Below the pieces are notes generated by a model. The model searched no databases and was not told the origin of the DNA. It saw only the letters and a list, made by a program, of their open reading frames with translations. Source: Clostridia bacterium (lineage in GTDB: Bacteria; Bacillota; Clostridia; Oscillospirales; CAG-382). Taken from it: 64,000 bases of DNA. Below, in pieces: positions 55,965-63,828 of the stretch; position 1 is the stretch's first letter, and each line of letters opens with the position of its first letter. The stretch spans positions 608-64,607 of the forward strand of contig JAGAKP010000064.1 in NCBI GenBank assembly GCA_017625615.1, in the 5' to 3' direction. Position numbers and translations under genes: made by a program.

Positions 55965-56537
55965 ATGGCAAAATTATATTTCAAATACGGCGCGATGGGC
56001 TCATCCAAATCCGCAAGCGTGCTTATTACCAAATTCAATTACGAGGAACGCGGTATGGGCGTGTGGCTGATAAAGCCATCACTTGATACGCGCGACGGTG
56101 TGGGCACCGTCAAAAGCCGCATCGGTCTGGAGGCGGACGGATACGCAGTCACGCCCGAAGCCGACATTTTTGCCGAATTCGTTTCCCGCAAGGATATACA
56201 CGTAATTATTGCCGATGAATGTCAGTTTTTCACCGCGGCGCAGGTGGATCAGCTCCGCCGTATAGTGGACGAATTTGATATCCCCGTTCTTTGCTTCGGC
56301 TTACGCACGGATTTTCTTACTCATCTCTTTGAGGGAAGCCGACGCCTTTTCGAGGTGGCGGATTCTATCAGCGAGATCAAAACCATTTGCTCTTGCGGAA
56401 ACAAGGCTATCGTCAACGCCCGCATAGACGGAGAGGGCAACGTCCTCACCGACGGCGGACAGATCATGATCGGCGGCAACGATTCGTATATCGCTATGTG
56501 CCATAGCTGCTGGAAACGGGCAATAGAAAAGGATTGA
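55965..56537 (+). CDS. tdk: Thymidine kinase
   Basis: 190 aa. YGAMGSSKSA P-loop, IADECQFF, Zn cysteines CSCGNKA...CHSC. Confidence 0.9.
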   Translation: MAKLYFKYGAMGSSKSASVLITKFNYEERGMGVWLIKPSLDTRDGVGTVKSRIGLEADGYAVTPEADIFAEFVSRKDIHVIIADECQFFTAAQVDQLRRIVDEFDIPVLCFGLRTDFLTHLFEGSRRLFEVADSISEIKTICSCGNKAIVNARIDGEGNVLTDGGQIMIGGNDSYIAMCHSCWKRAIEKD

Positions 56538-56540
56538 TCT

Positions 56541-57065
56541 ATGAAGTACGTATTTCACGAATATCCCGAAAAAATACGCCGAGAGTTCGCAAAGCGCTTC
56601 GTGATGACTTGGGATGAGTTTCACGCCATCCATCCCCAATACTACGATATTACTTGGTATGAAAACGCATTTTTGTGGGATATAATGAGCCCCGAGCTTC
56701 CCAAAATATCCTTTAAAAGCGCATTGGAAAAACTGCGCCGTCTCAACTGCGACGTTATCGTTATGTCCGAAAAAATCGGCGGAAATTATTTCGGCAGAGG
56801 ATTGGCTTGCGACGGTGAATATGTGGACGAGTTCGTTATTTGCTGTAATTCCGCCTCTCTTGCAGACGTTGTCGAAAGAGATTGGCTCGGCGCGTTTGAG
56901 GCAGACCTTGAGGAGCGCGCATTTACGCCCGTCCTCCCGCCCGAAATATACGTTTTCGATGAGGATATGAATTGGTTTGTCGCCTTCACCCACGAATTTG
57001 ACGAGGTGTCGGAGGACGTAATGGTAAATGCCAAAACCCGTCTTTGCATCGCTTACGGATTTTAA
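56541..57065 (+). CDS. Hypothetical cytoplasmic protein
   Basis: 174 aa, 3 nt after tdk. I could not assign a family with confidence. Confidence 0.45.
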   Translation: MKYVFHEYPEKIRREFAKRFVMTWDEFHAIHPQYYDITWYENAFLWDIMSPELPKISFKSALEKLRRLNCDVIVMSEKIGGNYFGRGLACDGEYVDEFVICCNSASLADVVERDWLGAFEADLEERAFTPVLPPEIYVFDEDMNWFVAFTHEFDEVSEDVMVNAKTRLCIAYGF

Positions 57066-57068
57066 TAT

Positions 57069-57104
57069 TAAAAACCAAGCGGAGTGAATTTTCACTCCGC
57101 TTTT
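57069..57104 (+). repeat. 36-bp direct repeat, copy 1; contains an intrinsic terminator hairpin (57079..57104)
   Basis: TAAAAACCAAGCGGAGTGAATTTTCACTCCGCTTTT. The stem is GCGGAGTGA/TCACTCCGC followed by TTTT. Identical to 59040..59075. Confidence 0.9.
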
Positions 57105-57118
57105 GCGTACAATGGTAA

Positions 57119-57157
57119 TTTACTTTTTGATTTGTATATGGTATTATTAACTATAAT
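57119..57157 (+). promoter_or_regulatory. Candidate promoter(s) of the TIR gene within the cassette
   Basis: AT-rich 76-nt upstream region. Either TTTACT, 17-nt spacer, TATTAT (with TGG upstream), or TTGATT, 19-nt spacer, TATAAT. GGGAGGG RBS at 57170-57176. Confidence 0.4.
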
Positions 57158-57180
57158 AACAAAAGTTATGGGAGGGCGCT

Positions 57181-59034
57181 ATGAAATATTTTATCAGTCA
57201 TTCCTCAAAGGACAAGTCAGCGGTAGAAAAGCTCGTGGAGATCATGTCGCAGTATGAGCCCGATTCGGTAAACCGCGAAAATCTTTTTTGCTCATCTATA
57301 CCTGAAAACGGTTCGGACTTCAAGGAAGAATTGATATTCAATATAAACGAGAATATCTCCAAGGCGGAGAACATCATTCTGGTCATTACCGAAAGCTACC
57401 TGCGCAGCACTTATTGCTTTTATGAAATGAGCATTGCACGATACCTGAAGGCGGCAGACCGGAAGATAATTCTCATAGTGTCAAACGAATCCATAGCCTC
57501 CCGTATCGACGATATTTTCCCCTCCAAGGCGTTTTTGCATATTAACGCCGAAACGGAGATCGCTTCGGAAACACTTGCCGCTTCTCTTGGGTTTAAAACC
57601 GATTTCAAACCGTTTTTCTCTTCTTTGACGGGCGTAAAAGCGCCTGCGGTGCCGTATATCGGAATGCCGCGTGACGCTTACGCACTTAAATATAAATTCA
57701 TTGAAGAGTACGGTGTTGAAAAAATCGGGTTCGATTATCCCTCAACTCCGGACGAGGTTGAGAAAAAGCTTCAAAATGCGCGGGAGATATACTTTGTTTC
57801 CACTACGGGCAGCGGCTTTTTGAAGACTTACAAAGATATTCTGACCTCTTGCGTTGCAAGAGGAAGCGACCTTCGCCTGGTAATCGGCGATAAAGGTTCC
57901 GCCTTCAGCTCAGACGTTGCGGAAATAGAGGCTTTTGACGGTGATTCCGTTCGCAGTCAGTTAAAGAAAAACAACGAGTTGCGTATTGAAAGCGAATTTT
58001 TGGCTACCTTTCAATATCTTAACGAAATATACGTATCTTCCCGTAACCAAGCCTCGGCGGGCAAGATATACTGCGGGTCAAGCTATACCTTGATTCGCCA
58101 GACCGCCTTTATCGCGCGGAACAAGGACGGCTCCTTGTGGGGTTGGATCACCTGCACCATGCCTCCCGTAAGAAGCGCCGACAAGACTCCTTCCGTGGTT
58201 TTTGAGGGAGATCTTAACAATACTCTTGTAAACGACGTGTGGAAGTATGCTTCGTCTTTGTTTTCCTTGTCAAAGCATAAGGGCAGCGTCGTGGAGATCG
58301 ACGGCACCACTCCTCCCGAAAGGCTTGATTCGAGCGATATGGGCAAAGGATTTTCCGAAACGCTGGAAAGATACGAGTCGTATTGGCGGGAACGCTATAA
58401 AGCGGCGCAGGACTATATGGAAACGAAGAACGATTTGTTTGACGGCGTGCTCATAGAGGTTGCCGCTCAGCATCCTCTTAAAAACTGTAGAGTGCCTAAC
58501 AAAGAGTTTGAGGCAAGATTAAACCGCGCGATAGAGCTTTACAACAAGTATACCGCCGACGGAGAAGAGGTTTCCGTTTACGTGCCGGGCAGCCGCCATA
58601 CCTTCAACGGAGTTGCGGACGAGGTGTCATTAAGCGATGCAGGCAGGGAATATCTTGTTGGAAAGGGAATCCCCAAAGAGCGTATTTTTGGTGATGACGC
58701 CAATTTGCAGTACAAAGGCGTCCACGGCGTGTATAATTCGGCAGACGAGTGCTTCGTTGCTTCGGAGATATTTAAAAACGGACAGTTTGGACGGCTTGTG
58801 TCCGTGTGCTCTCCCAATCAGATAATGCGCAAGTCGATGCTGTACGTTGAGTTTGGATGTATTCCTCTCTGCTACGGAGTTACTACCGAAAAAATGTACC
58901 ACAAAAACGTCGTTAACGAAATTTTCGGTTCTCTCAACCGCGTGCTGTACACAGACCATTCCTGGCAGGACGAAAACAGCGATTGGTTCAAATATTTTCG
59001 CGAGACCCGAAGACCGAAATCGGAAGATGAATAA
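57181..59034 (+). CDS. Three-module TIR-domain protein: N-terminal TIR, unassigned middle module, C-terminal DUF218/YdcF-like domain
   Basis: 617 aa. TIR: MKYFISHSSKDK...NIILVITESYLRSTYCFYEMSIA, with a candidate catalytic Glu at residue 82. C-terminal: RLNRAIELY...VYVPGS...SLSDAGREYLVGKGIPKERIF...LVSVCSPNQIMRKS parallels the SanA gene at 38310. No TM or signal peptide. Confidence 0.75.
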   Translation: MKYFISHSSKDKSAVEKLVEIMSQYEPDSVNRENLFCSSIPENGSDFKEELIFNINENISKAENIILVITESYLRSTYCFYEMSIARYLKAADRKIILIVSNESIASRIDDIFPSKAFLHINAETEIASETLAASLGFKTDFKPFFSSLTGVKAPAVPYIGMPRDAYALKYKFIEEYGVEKIGFDYPSTPDEVEKKLQNAREIYFVSTTGSGFLKTYKDILTSCVARGSDLRLVIGDKGSAFSSDVAEIEAFDGDSVRSQLKKNNELRIESEFLATFQYLNEIYVSSRNQASAGKIYCGSSYTLIRQTAFIARNKDGSLWGWITCTMPPVRSADKTPSVVFEGDLNNTLVNDVWKYASSLFSLSKHKGSVVEIDGTTPPERLDSSDMGKGFSETLERYESYWRERYKAAQDYMETKNDLFDGVLIEVAAQHPLKNCRVPNKEFEARLNRAIELYNKYTADGEEVSVYVPGSRHTFNGVADEVSLSDAGREYLVGKGIPKERIFGDDANLQYKGVHGVYNSADECFVASEIFKNGQFGRLVSVCSPNQIMRKSMLYVEFGCIPLCYGVTTEKMYHKNVVNEIFGSLNRVLYTDHSWQDENSDWFKYFRETRRPKSEDE

Positions 59035-59039
59035 CAGCA

Positions 59040-59075
59040 TAAAAACCAAGCGGAGTGAATTTTCACTCCGCTTTT
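59040..59075 (+). repeat. 36-bp direct repeat, copy 2; contains an intrinsic terminator hairpin (59050..59075)
   Basis: Identical 36-mer to 57069..57104, followed directly by the REP doublet. Confidence 0.9.
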
Positions 59076-59160
59076 ATTATCGGGGTCCCCAAGAAGCCGC
59101 AAGGCTTCTTGGGGTGATTATCGGGGTCCCCAAGAAGCCGCAAGGCTTCTTGGGGTGATT
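59076..59160 (+). repeat. REP-like hairpin element, 41-bp unit in tandem (2 copies)
   Basis: ATTATCGGGGTCCCCAAGAAGCCGCAAGGCTTCTTGGGGTG appears twice. 12-bp stem CCCCAAGAAGCC/GGCTTCTTGGGG with a GCAA (GNRA) loop. Confidence 0.9.
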
Positions 59161-59163
59161 TCT

Positions 59164-60432
59164 TTATATAACGACCGTGTTGAAGGAGCGGGGGGAAAGT
59201 ACGATGCTTTCTCCGCCCACGGTTACGGTCTTTTCAAATTCAAAGGGGTTTACTATCACTGCCGCGATGGTTCCGTCGGGGTTTCTGAAGGCGGTGGTGT
59301 TGGAGCTCATTTCTCCCGTTACCTCAAGAAGGACCGCGCCCTTTTTAACGAAGTGGGAAAAATGCTTCATCATATAAAACTCGGGGTTATATACCGCTTT
59401 GCCGTCCTTTACGGATATAAGTGAGTTTTGCTTCCAACCCCACGTGCTGGTGGCGCCGCTTTTAAGTGCCATATTCCAATATACGTTTGCCCGTGCGCCG
59501 TTGTGGGTGTAATGGTGAATGAGATGGCACAGATACATTGCGTAATCCCAGGAGTTCTCACCGTCACCGCACTGACATTCGCTTTGAATGATATCAAGGT
59601 CGGGGAAGTCCTCCTTCGCCTGCATAACGGCGTATTTTCCGTTCCACTGGAACGCCGCTCCCTTTACGCACTTTCTTAATTTTTCGTTTTGCATAAGATA
59701 TCCCAGATATTCGCCGTGCAAGCCGAATTCGCTGTAGGGGTCGGGACCGTTACAGGTGCCGTAATACAGGTCGGCAAGTCCTTCTATCTTGTCTGCCAGA
59801 CAGCACATAAAGCTTTCCAGCTCCTTGGGGTCAAATACGCAGGAAGGGAACTTCTGGTCCGCGAAAATCTCGTTTTGCGGGCAGACTGCGGCTATTTTAA
59901 TATTCTCCTTGGCGTATTCCTCCAAAAATCTTCTGAAGTAAACGGCGTACGCCTTAAGATTTTCCTTCGTCTGCACCAGCCTGCCGTAGTTGTACGCCTT
60001 GGGAAACTTCATCCACGTGGGCGGACTCCACGGTGAGGCAAAAAAGCGTATTTCGGGGGAGCGCTCCTGCGCCTTTTTGACGGCGGGGATAATATATTTT
60101 CTGTCTCTGTCTATGGAAAAATGCTCCATAGCGTAGTCGCCTTCGGTTTCGTTGTAGCTGTACCAGCTTTCCGCAAAATCGTTTGCACCGATGGAAAGAC
60201 GGCAGTATTCAAAGGCGCACCCATCCTCGGAGAAAAGCTCGTCAAAGGCTTTTTCGCGCTCGTTTTCCTCCATTTCAAGAAGTGCCGCCGCGCATATCTC
60301 GCTTATACAGCAGCCCCAGCCGAACAAGGGCTTGCCTTTTTCTTTTCCTATTATTATTTCCGTTCCCTTTTGGGATGATGTCACGGTGTTTTTTATCCAT
60401 TTATTCTTTTCGTCAGAGCTGATAACGTACAT
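59164..60432 (-). CDS. Glycoside hydrolase family 30 (glucosylceramidase / xylanase-like)
   Basis: FASPWSPPTWMK and PQNE blocks are typical of GH30. ATG at 60432 has AAGGAG 6 nt upstream. The ORF track starts at 60450. Confidence 0.8.
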   Translation of the reverse strand: MYVISSDEKNKWIKNTVTSSQKGTEIIIGKEKGKPLFGWGCCISEICAAALLEMEENEREKAFDELFSEDGCAFEYCRLSIGANDFAESWYSYNETEGDYAMEHFSIDRDRKYIIPAVKKAQERSPEIRFFASPWSPPTWMKFPKAYNYGRLVQTKENLKAYAVYFRRFLEEYAKENIKIAAVCPQNEIFADQKFPSCVFDPKELESFMCCLADKIEGLADLYYGTCNGPDPYSEFGLHGEYLGYLMQNEKLRKCVKGAAFQWNGKYAVMQAKEDFPDLDIIQSECQCGDGENSWDYAMYLCHLIHHYTHNGARANVYWNMALKSGATSTWGWKQNSLISVKDGKAVYNPEFYMMKHFSHFVKKGAVLLEVTGEMSSNTTAFRNPDGTIAAVIVNPFEFEKTVTVGGESIVLSPRSFNTVVI

Positions 60433-60589
60433 AACGGTCTCCTTAAACATACGGATTTACGACATTATATCACAAAGCGGCGTGAAAAGTAAAGCGGTTT
60501 GCGTTTTTGCCATAATGATATATTATAGGTGCGGGATACGTTGCTTATATGTGTAAAACGTTGAAAAAACTGTTTTTTGAAAAGTGCTA

Positions 60590-60618
60590 TTGACTTTCAC
60601 TTTTGAATGTGTTATTAT
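60590..60618 (+). promoter_or_regulatory. Sigma-A promoter of the structured RNA upstream of hppA
   Basis: TTGACT, 17-nt spacer, TATTAT, with TGT immediately upstream (extended -10). Confidence 0.65.
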
Positions 60619-60624
60619 CGTCTA

Positions 60625-60770
60625 AGATCGAAATAAGTGGTGGAGTCTGTCACCGACGGGGACCGGATCATTGGTTTCCGACGGTTTATCTCGATTAACG
60701 GACAGGTCATTTTTTGACCTGCGCCCGTAGGTATATGAGACAGAGCCGCTTACCAAGCGGCTTGTTTTTT
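60625..60770 (+). ncRNA. Structured leader RNA or sRNA with an intrinsic terminator (candidate riboswitch, class unassigned)
   Basis: Predicted helices: AUCGAAAUAA/UUAUCUCGAU; GGGGACC/GGUUUCC; ACGG-CAGGUC/GACCUG-CCGU. Terminator AGCCGCUU-ACCA-AGCGGCU followed by UGUUUUUU at 60744..60770. hppA starts 174 nt further on. Confidence 0.5.
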
Positions 60771-60943
60771 GCGTAAAAACCGTTTTATATATCAACAAGG
60801 CGTTAGTAACGTGATGCGGCAGAACCCGAGCTTTACACAAAAAAGTTCAGGTTTTGCCGCATTTTGTTATATTAAAATTGCTTTCGGGGTGTTTGGACGG
60901 ACGTGTCGCTTTTTCGAAAAATAATACTTTTCGGAGGGTTGTT

Positions 60944-63037
60944 ATGACACCTACCTTAACAATGTTTTACCTCGTGTCCGTAGTTGTATCCGCTATTGCA
61001 TTTGCTTTTGCGGCATACCTCTATTTCTGGGTTAAACGCCAGCCGCAGGAAAACAAAAGAATCACAGAAGTCGCCGGCCTCATTCGCGACGGCGCAAACA
61101 CCTTTATGCGCAGAGAATACAAGATCCTTGCTATCTTTGCCGCAGTTATCGCAGTACTCATCGTAGTATTCCTTCCCACTCCCATCTGGCAAGCAGGCGA
61201 AAACTGGTGGAAGAACGTAGCTATGGCTATTTCTTACGTCGGCGGTACCGTGCTTTCCGCTATTGCAGGTAAGCTCGGTCTCGTAGTTGCTTCTCTTTCC
61301 AACGGCAGATCTGCCGAAGCTGCAAAGAAGGGTATCAAGCCCGCATTCCTTATCGGCTTCCGCGGCGGTTCCGTAATGGGTCTGCTGGTAGTTGGCTTCG
61401 CTGTTCTCGGCGTTGCCGCAGTTCTTGCTATCGTTAAAGAAGCTTCCATTCTTCTCGGCTTCTCCTTCGGTGCTTCCTCTCTCGCTCTGTTTGCAAAAGC
61501 AGGCGGCGGTATCTTCACCAAGACTGCTGACGTTGCAGCTGACCTTACCGGTAAGGTTGAGCTTGGCATCGCAGAGGACGATCCCCGTAACCCCGCAGTT
61601 ATCGCAGATAACGTTGGTGACAACGTAGGCGACGTTGCAGGTATGGGCGCTGACCTTTTCGACTCTAACGTAGCGGCTCTTACCTCCGCTCTCGTTATTG
61701 CACAGTCTCTTACCGGCGGCGACGATAAGAGCGTTATCATGGTTCTTTGCTATGCTGCTCTCGGTCTTCTCGCTTCTATCATCGGTATTGCTACCGCTCG
61801 TATCACCAAGAACGGTACTCCTACCGGCGCACTTAACTCTTCTACTTACGTTACTTCCGCTGTATTTATGGCTCTCACTGCAGGCGCAACCGCTCTCTTC
61901 GGTTTCTCCTGGCACATCTGGGGCTGTGCTACCATAGGTCTCGTTGTCGGCGTTATCATCGGTCTTGCTACCGACTACTTCACTGACGATACCAAGCCTA
62001 TCGTTAAGAAGGTTGCTCACGCTTCCAAGAGCGGCCCCGCATTCACCGTTCTTTCCGGCGTATCCTACGGCTTCATCTCTGCGCTTCCCGCAATGATCGG
62101 TATCGCTATCTCCGCTCTCGCAGCTTACAAAATCTGCGGCACCGAAGCTCTTATCGAGCAGTACGGCGCAAACTATCCTCTCTTCGGTATTTCCATGGCA
62201 GCAGTGGGTATGCTTTCCATCGTTGCTATGATCATCTCTAACGACGCATACGGTCCTATCGTTGATAACGCTCGCGGTCTCGCAGAAATGGGCGGCTTGG
62301 GCGAAGAGGCTATCCGCGTAGCTGACGAGCTTGACTCCGCAGGTAACACCGTTAAGGCAGTTACCAAGGGCTTCTCCATCGGCGCAGCAGGTCTTACCGT
62401 TATTTCCTTGCTCGGTACCTTTATGTCTGAGGCTAACGCTGCAGGCGCAAACATCACCGGCTTTGATATAATGGATCCTACCGTATTCTTCGGTATTCTC
62501 GTTGGTGCGGCAGTTCCCGCAGTATTCTCCGCAATGCTCATCCTCGGCGTTGACAAGAACGCGCAGAAGATGGTTGCAGAAATTCACCGTCAGTTCAACT
62601 CCATCCCCGGCCTTAAGGAAGGCAAGGAAGGCGTTGTTCCCGAATACGACAAGTGTATCGACGTTGCTACAACCGGCGCTCTCCGTGAGCTTATTCCCGC
62701 AGGTCTCGTTGCCATCCTCGCTACCATCGCAGTTGGTTTCATCGGCGGTCCTACCGCTATCGGCGGCTTCCTTCTCGGTAACATCGTTTCCGGTCTGCTT
62801 CTCTCCCTCTTTATGTCCAACGCAGGCGGTCTGTGGGACAACTCCAAGAAGTACGTTGAAGCAGGTAACGAAGGCGGCAAGGGCAGTGAGGCTCACAAGG
62901 CAGCAGTTATCGGTGACACTGTAGGTGACCCCTTCAAGGATACCGCAGGTCCTTCTATCAACACTCAGATCACTGTCGTATCCCTCGTTGCATCTCTCCT
63001 TTCTTCTGCATTCGTTGCATTCTCCTTCTTTGGCTGA
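60944..63037 (+). CDS. hppA: Membrane-integral pyrophosphatase (pyrophosphate-energized pump), K+-independent-type signature
   Basis: Start MTPTLTMFYLV with a GGAGGG RBS. DNVGDNVGD and GNTVKAVTKG motifs. About 16 TMs. The ORF-track start at 60854 was rejected. Confidence 0.95.
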   Translation: MTPTLTMFYLVSVVVSAIAFAFAAYLYFWVKRQPQENKRITEVAGLIRDGANTFMRREYKILAIFAAVIAVLIVVFLPTPIWQAGENWWKNVAMAISYVGGTVLSAIAGKLGLVVASLSNGRSAEAAKKGIKPAFLIGFRGGSVMGLLVVGFAVLGVAAVLAIVKEASILLGFSFGASSLALFAKAGGGIFTKTADVAADLTGKVELGIAEDDPRNPAVIADNVGDNVGDVAGMGADLFDSNVAALTSALVIAQSLTGGDDKSVIMVLCYAALGLLASIIGIATARITKNGTPTGALNSSTYVTSAVFMALTAGATALFGFSWHIWGCATIGLVVGVIIGLATDYFTDDTKPIVKKVAHASKSGPAFTVLSGVSYGFISALPAMIGIAISALAAYKICGTEALIEQYGANYPLFGISMAAVGMLSIVAMIISNDAYGPIVDNARGLAEMGGLGEEAIRVADELDSAGNTVKAVTKGFSIGAAGLTVISLLGTFMSEANAAGANITGFDIMDPTVFFGILVGAAVPAVFSAMLILGVDKNAQKMVAEIHRQFNSIPGLKEGKEGVVPEYDKCIDVATTGALRELIPAGLVAILATIAVGFIGGPTAIGGFLLGNIVSGLLLSLFMSNAGGLWDNSKKYVEAGNEGGKGSEAHKAAVIGDTVGDPFKDTAGPSINTQITVVSLVASLLSSAFVAFSFFG

Positions 63038-63054
63038 TACCAAGTGGAAATAAT

Positions 63055-63093
63055 AAAAACGGCTTTCATAAGAAAGCCGTTTTTTGTTGTTTT
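63055..63093. terminator. Bidirectional terminator between hppA and comFC
   Basis: AAAAACGGCTTTC-ATAA-GAAAGCCGTTTTT followed by TGTTGTTTT. Confidence 0.85.
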
Positions 63094-63123
63094 GGGTGTC
63101 TTCTGCGACGAATGAACGCGCCG

Positions 63124-63828
63124 TTACGGTGTGCGGGCTAATACTGCTTTTACAACCTGCTGTACTCCCGCCTCGCGCAATATATCCGCACATTCGTCCA
63201 GCGTTGCGCCGGTGGTGGTCACGTCGTCCACCAGAAGTACGCGGCGGTAATTTTTTGCGTTTTCGGAGGCGTAGAATATATTTTTTACGTTTTTTCTTCT
63301 TTGAGTCGCGTCCAGAAGCTTTTGGTCAGTCCTCTTTTCGCTTTTGCGCTTCAGCAGAGTACAAAGGGGTATTCCCAATCCCTCGGCAACCCCTGCGGCT
63401 ATAAGATATCCTTGGTCACCGCCGTAGGAACGCACGTTTTTTGGCTTTCGTGGTACGTAGGTCACGCAATCAAAGCCCACGCTCTTTTCGCGTTTTACCT
63501 TTTCCGCAAGCAGCTTCCCGAAGAATTTGGCGACGCGCTTGTCGGGATTTCGCTTTAATCCGAGAATTGCTCTCTTTTCCTCGGGCGTGTGGTAATAAAA
63601 CAAAAATACTGCGTTTCCGCTTTTTTCGCAGGAGCAGCTTTTACGTCTGCTTCCGCATTGAGGGCAATCCTTTACCAGCGAAACCTGAAACTCCTTTACG
63701 CATTTAGCGCAAAAGGGCATACGGCTGTCCGCCGCTCTGTCACCGCAGATACAGCAAAAGGGCGCGAAGAACAGGTCTGCAAGCCTATTCGGGTGCTTTT
63801 TTGCTTTTGGTACGGCGTACTCTTTCAT
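63124..63828 (-). CDS. comFC: ComF-family phosphoribosyltransferase-like competence protein
   Basis: N-terminal CxxC pairs (CCICGD...CAKC; CPQCGS...CSC). PRTase motif VLLVDDVTTTGATL. ATG at 63828 was chosen over the ORF-track start at 63915. Confidence 0.8.
   Translation of the reverse strand: MKEYAVPKAKKHPNRLADLFFAPFCCICGDRAADSRMPFCAKCVKEFQVSLVKDCPQCGSRRKSCSCEKSGNAVFLFYYHTPEEKRAILGLKRNPDKRVAKFFGKLLAEKVKREKSVGFDCVTYVPRKPKNVRSYGGDQGYLIAAGVAEGLGIPLCTLLKRKSEKRTDQKLLDATQRRKNVKNIFYASENAKNYRRVLLVDDVTTTGATLDECADILREAGVQQVVKAVLARTP

Noticed and set aside
56541-57065. The 174-aa hypothetical protein as a second component (immunity or sensor) of the TIR system.
   Set aside because: It is translationally linked to tdk. 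It is separated from the TIR gene by a strong terminator and by the cassette boundary repeat, so it most likely belongs to the ancestral locus.
60625-60770. Assigning the hppA-upstream RNA to the c-di-AMP (ydaO) or glycine riboswitch class.
   Set aside because: Only short resemblances are present (CGGGGACC; GGAG...CACCGACGGGG...GGACAG). The full conserved cores I remember for those classes are missing. An Rfam scan is needed, so the class is left unassigned.
60956-63193. A 745-aa ORF lying entirely antisense to hppA.
   Set aside because: Its translation is compositionally odd: rich in C, N, G, D and S, with no hydrophobic core or motifs. The sense strand encodes a textbook membrane pyrophosphatase. 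Long antisense frames are expected opposite genes rich in GCN/GNC codons.
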